Positions 9,344-16,515 of a stretch of DNA of 64,000 bases are shown piece after piece. The DNA is from a virus, in IMG/VR virus record IMGVR_UViG_3300016476_000893, positions 2,211 through 66,210 of that record; one strand, 5' to 3'. The notes beneath the pieces were generated by a model that saw nothing but the letters and a program-made list of their open reading frames with translations, searched no databases and had not been told where the DNA came from. Numbering within the stretch: position 1 is the first letter of the stretch; every line of letters starts with the position of its first letter. A program made the position numbers and the translations under genes.

Positions 9344-9958
9344 ATGTCTAGAAAAATAGCTTGGGAAAAGTGGTACGATGCTGAGTCTGAAGAGGATTTC
9401 ATAAATGAAATGGAAGAGGCTATATTAGACGATGATGTTGATTTTTCTAATAATGACGATATTGAAATGCAGAGCGGTATTGATATAAATACGTTTTTAA
9501 ATTCAATGACTGTCAATACTCCGCTAGGCAAATATCATTTAAACGATAAACTTCTTCCAACAAAAATGTTTGATTGTTGGATAGGCCATACAAACTTCGA
9601 TATAACAAAGACAGAAGAAAAAATATTAAATACTGCTAGTGGTGTAGAGTGCTTAAAAGTAATAAGTAGATATAGATTTTTTATTGGTATAGGCAAGTTG
9701 TTCGACTTCTCTTGCGTTCGCGGTGAAATTCAAAGAGCTTTGTTAATAGACAGCTATTCAGAAAAAACTGAAGGCGAAGAAATGTCTGACATAATAAATT
9801 CAGTAAAAGGAAATAAGAAATGGGCTGTATTTATTGGTAATGACGGAAGTGTTCAGAAGATAATATCCAACAAAGATGATTGTGCCGAGTATAACGCATC
9901 ATTGCAAAACTTACTGCGTTTAAAAAACGGAAATATAATAATGTCTGACAATGTGTAG
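9344..9958 (+). CDS. hypothetical protein
   Basis: 204 aa, AAGGAG RBS, IAWEKW start and acidic N-terminal region. Confidence 0.7.
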   Translation: MSRKIAWEKWYDAESEEDFINEMEEAILDDDVDFSNNDDIEMQSGIDINTFLNSMTVNTPLGKYHLNDKLLPTKMFDCWIGHTNFDITKTEEKILNTASGVECLKVISRYRFFIGIGKLFDFSCVRGEIQRALLIDSYSEKTEGEEMSDIINSVKGNKKWAVFIGNDGSVQKIISNKDDCAEYNASLQNLLRLKNGNIIMSDNV

Positions 9959-10002
9959 TGGAGTATATATTTTTAGGAAATGGACTATATATTTTTGGGA
10001 AA
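9959..10002 (+). repeat. 22-bp tandem direct repeat, candidate promoter/operator
   Basis: TGGAGTATATATTTTTAGGAAA (9959-9980) followed by TGGACTATATATTTTTGGGAAA (9981-10002), intergenic, upstream of ORF 10037. Confidence 0.75.
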
Positions 10003-10036
10003 ATAAGGAAAAAATGTCGATCTGGAGTAAGTTAAA

Positions 10037-10657
10037 ATGAGTCTATTACCATCTGGAATTATTGTAGGTACAACTGGAAATAACACCTCGCCTACAGAAA
10101 AAATCGGCGGAACAGCACTGGGTATCAACAGCACCACAAACACCAGCAACGGAAAGCCAATAACTAGAACTTTGACTATTAGAGACACCGCTATGGATGG
10201 GGCGTCTCTAAGAACTAGCGTTCCAATAGAACTGTCTGGAATAAATCACGCTTATAGCACGACAAAGACATATTCTGCTGGAACATTCGCTTATAGACAA
10301 AGCCAGTTTATGATCAGAACAGTTGCAACGAAAATCAACAACGTTGCAAATTCAGCATTAACAATTAACGGTAATGAGCAACACAGAGTACGTAGATCTA
10401 TTACAAACAAGTCTAAAGGCGCTCAAACATCTACAGCGTGGAGATCTGGATACTTTAGGTATTTGAAGATTTCTGGACAAAGAAGCAATTGGAGCACAGC
10501 TCCTTCAAGCAACAATGTTCAATATTCTAACGGTGCCGGTGGAAACGCTGCTGACACAGCAATCTTTGTGACATATAGATCTGTTCCTGGTGAACTAGCT
10601 TATATGTATGGAACTCTTAATCCAAAACAAGACGATTATAAGCCTATAACTGGTTAG
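10037..10657 (+). CDS. Ser/Thr/Gly/Asn-rich hypothetical protein, possibly virion-associated
   Basis: 206 aa with beta-rich composition; GGAG RBS; followed by a hairpin. Confidence 0.6.
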   Translation: MSLLPSGIIVGTTGNNTSPTEKIGGTALGINSTTNTSNGKPITRTLTIRDTAMDGASLRTSVPIELSGINHAYSTTKTYSAGTFAYRQSQFMIRTVATKINNVANSALTINGNEQHRVRRSITNKSKGAQTSTAWRSGYFRYLKISGQRSNWSTAPSSNNVQYSNGAGGNAADTAIFVTYRSVPGELAYMYGTLNPKQDDYKPITG

Positions 10658-10671
10658 TAATTTTCAAACAC

Positions 10672-10691
10672 GCCCCTTGGAAACAAGGGGC
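10672..10691 (+). other. RNA hairpin with GAAA tetraloop (weak terminator or mRNA stabiliser)
   Basis: GCCCCTTG-GAAA-CAAGGGGC, perfect 8-bp stem; no U-tract follows. Confidence 0.6.
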
Positions 10692-10713
10692 AATATTAAG
10701 GGGGAAGTGATAT

Positions 10714-11040
10714 ATGCCTGATTCTCTGATGCAAACTCCGGTATTGGCAGCTATAGTGGCTATAGTTGTCGCTTTTTCAAAAATAATCGAAGTAGTCCTT
10801 TCAAAAGCTCTTCCACAAAAATCTATACTAACGGATGTAGAGAGGGAGTGGCTAAAATCTATACACGAAGTACATGCCAGAACAGACCAAGATGGAACAC
10901 CTCTGGTTTATATGCCAAGAACTTTTCTTGAAATACAAAAAGAACTACAAAAATCTTTAATCCAAATAGTTAATGATCAAAGCAAGATAGCTTCTATTCT
11001 AGAAAGAATGGATAAAAGGTTAGAAAATTTAGACAAATAA
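10714..11040 (+). CDS. single-TM membrane protein with coiled-coil tail (holin-like)
   Basis: N-terminal hydrophobic helix PVLAAIVAIVVAFSKIIEVVL; heptad C-terminus IASILERMDKRLENLDK. Confidence 0.55.
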   Translation: MPDSLMQTPVLAAIVAIVVAFSKIIEVVLSKALPQKSILTDVEREWLKSIHEVHARTDQDGTPLVYMPRTFLEIQKELQKSLIQIVNDQSKIASILERMDKRLENLDK

Positions 11041-11050
11041 AGGGGGCTTT

Positions 11051-11257
11051 ATGGGTTCTGCAAAATTCAAAATAAATAAAGATGATTTAGCTAAGGTGTT
11101 AAAAAACTCTGCGCTTGTCGGTGCTGCTGCTGGAGTTACTTATCTATCTGCAAATTTTACAAAAATCGACATGGGCTTGTATGGAGCACTGCTTGTTCCT
11201 ATAATATCAACAGCACTTGACACTGTAATAAAGTGGTTAAAAGACAACACTAACTAA
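11051..11257 (+). CDS. small two-TM membrane protein (holin-like)
   Basis: 68 aa, two hydrophobic segments (ALVGAAAGVTYL; LYGALLVPIISTAL), charged termini. Confidence 0.6.
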   Translation: MGSAKFKINKDDLAKVLKNSALVGAAAGVTYLSANFTKIDMGLYGALLVPIISTALDTVIKWLKDNTN

Positions 11258-11273
11258 CAAATTGGAGTAGGAA

Positions 11274-11657
11274 ATGATTAATAGATTTTTAGGACTTTTG
11301 CCAATATTTTATTCTGCTTATCAATATTATGACTGGTATAATACTCCAGGCTTTAACCCGAATAATATCTTCTGGGTAAAGCTTGGAGTTTCTTTTGTTC
11401 TTGGTTTATTTATGTTAATTTTTTCTAACTATAAATATGTTTTAGACTACTTACAAAAAGTAAACTTTGTAAAGTCTTCATCTGTTGTTGAAAAAGTTGA
11501 TGTTGATAAAACAGAGCAAGAGAATCAGATCGATGAATATTATGATTTGAGATGTTTGCTACATTTACGGTCTAGAGTTACTGAGCTTTCTTCTGAAGAA
11601 GGTGTTCAAATAGTAACAAGATTAAATACAATATTATTCTCTAAAGGAAAGATTTAA
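11274..11657 (+). CDS. membrane protein
   Basis: Two N-terminal hydrophobic segments (FLGLLPIFYSAY; IFWVKLGVSFVLGLFMLIF). Confidence 0.65.
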   Translation: MINRFLGLLPIFYSAYQYYDWYNTPGFNPNNIFWVKLGVSFVLGLFMLIFSNYKYVLDYLQKVNFVKSSSVVEKVDVDKTEQENQIDEYYDLRCLLHLRSRVTELSSEEGVQIVTRLNTILFSKGKI

Positions 11658-12106
11658 TGGAGATTAAAAATATTCCACTAAAGCTATTATTGATGATGGC
11701 TTTTTTTGTCGGCTGCGAAAAACCAGTTGATAAAAATATTGATCAAGAAGAGTCAAGCTCAGAATCAGATTTTGTAATGACAAAAACTCTAAAAAGAGTT
11801 AAAGCTGAGTATGATTCAATGAGGGACAAAGATAAAGAAAATATATACAAGCAATTTTCTGGATCTTACTTATTTCTAAAAACCAACAAGTCTGTCAAAA
11901 AAACAAGTGACTTCGACCCAATTCTTGGAAGGGTCCAATCAGACTATGGGTGGAATAGAGAAAAATACCCAGAATTCACAGAGGCTGTATCTGACTTCTT
12001 GCTAGAACAAGGTTATGACGAGCCAAAAGTTTTGGATAATGACGAGGACAGAGAATGGTTCTGTCAGATTTTCTACTCACTATATATGGCTATAAAAAAT
12101 GAGTAA
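11657..12106 (+). CDS. putative lipoprotein
   Basis: Signal-like N-terminus KLLLMMAFFVG-C with lipobox-like Cys20. Confidence 0.6.
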   Translation: MEIKNIPLKLLLMMAFFVGCEKPVDKNIDQEESSSESDFVMTKTLKRVKAEYDSMRDKDKENIYKQFSGSYLFLKTNKSVKKTSDFDPILGRVQSDYGWNREKYPEFTEAVSDFLLEQGYDEPKVLDNDEDREWFCQIFYSLYMAIKNE

Positions 12107-14114
12107 TCAATATAACGGCTGGGTTGACGATCAGGGAAGTGTAGAATCTGTGATGCAGGAATTACCATTCCCAATTTTTGGCGATGTGTGGTCTCCAATT
12201 AAAGACTCTGGCAAGGGCAGGGTTGTACTATTGTACGAAATTGTCAAAAAGGTTGCTGGAAGCTTTCCTATTAGAACCCAATTGATTGGAGATTGTCAGC
12301 CTAAAGACACTCTTATTTTTGGTCCTGATTTTGTAAAAAAAATACAAGATATTAATATTGGGGATAGAGTTTATGCTGGAAATGGAGAGATTACAACCGT
12401 AATTTCTACTCTATGCAAACAATCAAATAACCCTATACTAACTATACACACAAAAGGGGGGCTTCCTCTCAAAGTAACGTCTGACCACAAGGTTTTAGCA
12501 TATCGCTTTGGTGAATTCGTAAATAGCAACAGTAAATGGCGAAGAAGGTATAGCCCAGGTCATCAACAAACATGTATAAATAATCGTGGAGTAGACACTA
12601 AACTTAAAGGAAATACTATTTTTGCAAATAGGGTTGCAGAATTAGTAAAATCCTCCGATCTTACAGAGGCGGATTATGTTTTATGTCCAATAAACATAGA
12701 AATTGATAACAAAATTCCTGATGATATGCTGCCTTACATGGGTGATAAGGAAGTCAGATGGATGATAGGTTTATTTTTGGGTGATGGCCACGCAAAAAAA
12801 ACAAGCAAAACTTTAGAGTGGGGTTGCACAACTGATGAACCCGACATAGAAGAAAGACTTTGCAAAGCTCTTGATATTTTAAATATAAAATGGAGATCGT
12901 ATTTTCATTGCAAAAGCAGCAACAAAGCTAGGAAAGTTTACACTCTAAAAACAGAAAATATTTTCAACTTATTTAAAAAATATTTCTATGATGATAATGG
13001 TAATAAAACTATTCCATCTTGGGCTATTAACGATGATGTCATTAGCGGATTATTAGATTCTGATGGTTACACATCAAGATCGTCTGGTAAAGCAAGGCAG
13101 GAATTTGAAAATACTAGCTTTTCTTTGGTTCATGGAGTTAGAATATGGGCTTTAAGAAACGGATATATACCAAGTCTCAATGAAAGACAAAGATTCGATA
13201 AAAGAACTAATAAATTAAACAAGAAGGTGTATAAAGTTTCTTGGTTAGTTGATAAAAGCTCTCGCAATCTATGGAAAGACGATCAGTATTTAGCAATGCC
13301 AATTGTTAAAATAGACGTAGAAGAGGGGCCGCATAATGAAGTTTATGACATCGGTGTAAAACACAATCTTCATACATTTATAACTGGTGCTGGCGTTTCA
13401 ATAAGCAACTGCGTATCTATGGGTGCCGCTTACGCAGTAGACGCTATCAAAGCTGTTGATATTTTCATTAAAAACGAAATGGAAGAATGGGTTGCTGAAA
13501 CTAGCACCGAAGATATATATGGTGGAAGTCGAGTGCAAATAGGCAAAGGTAGAATAGGCACTGGAGATGGATCGGTTGGTGCTTGGGCTGCTCAATATGT
13601 TAATAAATATGGAGCCTTGGCAAGACAGAAATATGGAAACATAGACTTAACGAAATATAATTCTAAAACAGCAAAAGCTTGGGGGATGCCTAGTAAAGGC
13701 GTTCCTCAAGAATTAATACCATTCTGCAAAGAGCATCCTGTAGAAGTCGTTTCTCAGGTATATACATACGCTGAAGTAAGAGACTTAATTGCTAACGGTT
13801 ACGCTGTAACAGTAGCTAGCTCTCAGGGTTTTTCTAGCAAAAGAGACTCAGAAGGTTTTGCTAGACCAGAAGGCACTTGGCAGCATCAAATGTCAATTCT
13901 AGGAGTTGATGACTCTTACAAGAGACCTGGTGTTTTAATACAAAATAGTTGGGGCGTTTGGAATAGCGGGCCTAAAAGACACAATCAGCCAGATGGATCG
14001 TTTTGGGTAGACGCTGACGTTTTAGAAAAAAGAATGTTGTCAAAAAAAGACTCTTGGGCATTTAGTGGTTATGGTGGATTTAAAGCTAGAAAACTAAACA
14101 CAAGGATATTCTAA
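12099..14114 (+). CDS. papain-like (C1/clan CA) cysteine peptidase containing an intein
   Basis: After removing the intein the extein reads TQLIGD-CVSMGAA (Q..GxC nucleophile), QHQMSILG (His) and LIQNSWG (Asn): a clan CA triad. Confidence 0.85.
   Translation: MSNQYNGWVDDQGSVESVMQELPFPIFGDVWSPIKDSGKGRVVLLYEIVKKVAGSFPIRTQLIGDCQPKDTLIFGPDFVKKIQDINIGDRVYAGNGEITTVISTLCKQSNNPILTIHTKGGLPLKVTSDHKVLAYRFGEFVNSNSKWRRRYSPGHQQTCINNRGVDTKLKGNTIFANRVAELVKSSDLTEADYVLCPINIEIDNKIPDDMLPYMGDKEVRWMIGLFLGDGHAKKTSKTLEWGCTTDEPDIEERLCKALDILNIKWRSYFHCKSSNKARKVYTLKTENIFNLFKKYFYDDNGNKTIPSWAINDDVISGLLDSDGYTSRSSGKARQEFENTSFSLVHGVRIWALRNGYIPSLNERQRFDKRTNKLNKKVYKVSWLVDKSSRNLWKDDQYLAMPIVKIDVEEGPHNEVYDIGVKHNLHTFITGAGVSISNCVSMGAAYAVDAIKAVDIFIKNEMEEWVAETSTEDIYGGSRVQIGKGRIGTGDGSVGAWAAQYVNKYGALARQKYGNIDLTKYNSKTAKAWGMPSKGVPQELIPFCKEHPVEVVSQVYTYAEVRDLIANGYAVTVASSQGFSSKRDSEGFARPEGTWQHQMSILGVDDSYKRPGVLIQNSWGVWNSGPKRHNQPDGSFWVDADVLEKRMLSKKDSWAFSGYGGFKARKLNTRIF
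12294..13409 (+). mobile_element. intein (372 aa) with LAGLIDADG homing endonuclease
   Basis: Block A CQPKDTLI, block B KVTSDHKV, MIGLFLGDG and ISGLLDSDG endonuclease motifs, block F EVYDIGV, C-terminus GVSISN followed by Cys+1 (13410-13412). Confidence 0.9.
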
Positions 14115-14689
14115 TGAATAATTTATTAATGATAGTATTTGTTTTCTTCATCTTTTTAATGCCAAACGGGTCTAAAGTTGTTGTGCCACAACCAGAAATA
14201 GATAAAGGTGAGGCCGAAGGTCTTGTTGCGTTCATAATAAACGATCAAGATGGTGGGCAGACAGACGATAATAAGGTTGAATGTCCTTGCGGAGGCAGTA
14301 AAAAAATAGTTCATGGCGATGGTCATGTTACTCCATGCCCATGCGATGTTTGCAACTGCGATCAAAAAAAAAGTAATGATGAACCACCCGTTCAAGAAGA
14401 ACCTGTTGCCTTAAACGAAAAATATTTAATAAATAAGTGGACGGCAACATGGTGCGCCCCATGTAAAACATGGGATAGGACTGAAAGACCTTTATTAGAA
14501 AAAGATGGCTATATAGTAGAAGAAATTGACTATGATGATAATAAAGACTTAGCAAGACGGACAGGGGTTTCATCGATTCCAACAATTTGGATAATTGACA
14601 AAGAAACAAAAGAAACCAAGCAATCTTTGGTGTATCCTACTTATAAGCAAGTGATTTCGGCTATTGAAAAACTTGAGAATGGAAATTAA
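14114..14689 (+). CDS. membrane-anchored/exported thioredoxin-like protein with Cys-rich linker
   Basis: Hydrophobic N-terminus; CPCGGSKKIVHGDGHVTPCPCDVCNC; WTATWCAPC active site; GVSSIPT cis-Pro loop. Confidence 0.82.
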   Translation: MNNLLMIVFVFFIFLMPNGSKVVVPQPEIDKGEAEGLVAFIINDQDGGQTDDNKVECPCGGSKKIVHGDGHVTPCPCDVCNCDQKKSNDEPPVQEEPVALNEKYLINKWTATWCAPCKTWDRTERPLLEKDGYIVEEIDYDDNKDLARRTGVSSIPTIWIIDKETKETKQSLVYPTYKQVISAIEKLENGN

Positions 14690-14691
14690 TA

Positions 14692-15201
14692 ATGCCTAAA
14701 ACAATACAAGCCAAAGTTTTAAGTCAAATACAATATGTGTTTTTTGATCAAGACGGTCAGCAAACAAAAAGCGATGCAGATTCTACACAGAACGCCGCCA
14801 ACTACACATATGGAACTGGAAATTTTCAAGTAACAAACATTGTGAGATCAACCGGAGTGATAGCTAGTGGAGCCAATACCACTATAGATTTTGGATCATT
14901 TGTTACAAGCAACTTTGGGTCTACCGGAGTTTTAGACTTTAGTAGAATAAAGTCTGTTGTTATAAACAATACCTCTACATCTCTTGGCATGGACCTAAGC
15001 ATCAGAGCTACTGGAACAAATGCGATGACTGCATTATTCAATGGTTCTGGAAACCTTACTATCAAACCCTATTCTTCATTCATGTATAACGACCCATACT
15101 CTGGTATAGACTCTTCTACAAATTCTAGAGTGCAGCTACACAATATATCGTCTGCTTCTGGCAACCTGTCTTACACAATAACAGTTATGGGTTTAACATG
15201 A
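14692..15201 (+). CDS. Ser/Thr/Asn/Gly-rich hypothetical protein, possibly structural
   Basis: 169 aa with beta-strand-like composition and few charged residues. Confidence 0.6.
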   Translation: MPKTIQAKVLSQIQYVFFDQDGQQTKSDADSTQNAANYTYGTGNFQVTNIVRSTGVIASGANTTIDFGSFVTSNFGSTGVLDFSRIKSVVINNTSTSLGMDLSIRATGTNAMTALFNGSGNLTIKPYSSFMYNDPYSGIDSSTNSRVQLHNISSASGNLSYTITVMGLT

Positions 15202-15491
15202 GAATAGATGAAGTATTAGATATAGTAAAACAAGCCTGCTCACCAAATGGATATACAAAAGACGACAAAAATATAAAGATAGACAAAACAACAAAGATGT
15301 CTATAGAAATAAGTTCCGACGATATAAGAATCGTCTTTGATAAAGAAAATATGCCTTTAGTTACTTATAAAGGTGATTTCAAATTTATCAAACCGTCGTT
15401 TTCAAGGTACATTGAGGGTGTAATTTTTACAGATTCAGAAATCACGATATCACTCCATAATTTTCCAGATATCAGCTTGAATTATTCATAG
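15198..15491 (+). CDS. hypothetical protein
   Basis: 97 aa, ATGA overlap with the upstream gene. Confidence 0.6.
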   Translation: MRIDEVLDIVKQACSPNGYTKDDKNIKIDKTTKMSIEISSDDIRIVFDKENMPLVTYKGDFKFIKPSFSRYIEGVIFTDSEITISLHNFPDISLNYS

Positions 15492-15535
15492 CTGATGTTT
15501 AAGATATAGCAAACTACACACTATGGAGACTACGC

Positions 15536-16507
15536 ATGATATTCGACGAACAGATCAGCAGAAAGCCTGATCGATACCCGTGGACAAAAGAATTTATAGA
15601 AGCCATGCACAACGGCTTCTGGACTGACAAAGAGTTCAGTTTTCAGTCAGATATACATGATTTTGAAGTTTCATTGTCTGATTCTGAAAGATTATTAATA
15701 ACTAGAGCTTTAGCAACTATAGGTCAGCTAGAGATCTCTGTTAAAAAATTCTGGGCAAAAGTTGGTGACAATTTGCCGCACCCATCAATAAATGATATGG
15801 GTTATGTGATGGCAAATACAGAAGTCATACACGGAAATGCATATGAAAGACTTCTAGATATACTCGGAATAGAAGACGCTTTCGATAAAATACTTGAACT
15901 TGATATAATCAAAGGTAGAGTTAACTATTTAAGAAAGCATCTGCATAAGTTTCACAACGACAATAAAAAGCAATTTGTCTATTCCTTGATATTGTTTACT
16001 CTTTTCGTTGAAAACATCGCTTTGTTTTCTCAGTTTTATACTATAAGTTGGTTCGGTAGATTCAAGAACTTACTAAAAGACACCAACAAGCAGATAGAAT
16101 ATACATCACGAGAAGAGAACTTGCACGCCTTGATTGGCATCAAGCTAATAAATACAATAAAGGAAGAACATCCTGAATTGTTTGACGAAGAGCTTGTAAA
16201 TAAAATTCGTCATGAAGCAAAGGACGCTGTATCGCACGAAATGAAGATTATAGAGTGGATACTTTCTGGAGTAAATGAAGATTCTTTGAATTCAAAAATA
16301 CTTAGCGAATTCATTAAAAACAGAATGAATGAATCTCTACTCATGATAGGTTTTGAAGGGGTTTTTGATGTAGATAAAGAACAGCTATCAAAAACAAAAT
16401 GGTTTAGCGAGCAACTGCTCGGAAATAATAAAACAGACTTCTTTAACTCAAGACCTGTAGAATACTCAATAAATACACAAAGCTTTTCTACAGAAAATAT
16501 ATTTTAG
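15536..16507 (+). CDS. nrdB: ribonucleotide reductase class I beta subunit
   Basis: FW..KEFSFQSD, E..H..AY, FVENIALFSQF, REENLH di-iron motifs, DFF near the C-terminus. Confidence 0.96.
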   Translation: MIFDEQISRKPDRYPWTKEFIEAMHNGFWTDKEFSFQSDIHDFEVSLSDSERLLITRALATIGQLEISVKKFWAKVGDNLPHPSINDMGYVMANTEVIHGNAYERLLDILGIEDAFDKILELDIIKGRVNYLRKHLHKFHNDNKKQFVYSLILFTLFVENIALFSQFYTISWFGRFKNLLKDTNKQIEYTSREENLHALIGIKLINTIKEEHPELFDEELVNKIRHEAKDAVSHEMKIIEWILSGVNEDSLNSKILSEFIKNRMNESLLMIGFEGVFDVDKEQLSKTKWFSEQLLGNNKTDFFNSRPVEYSINTQSFSTENIF

Positions 16508-16515
16508 GCATAAAT

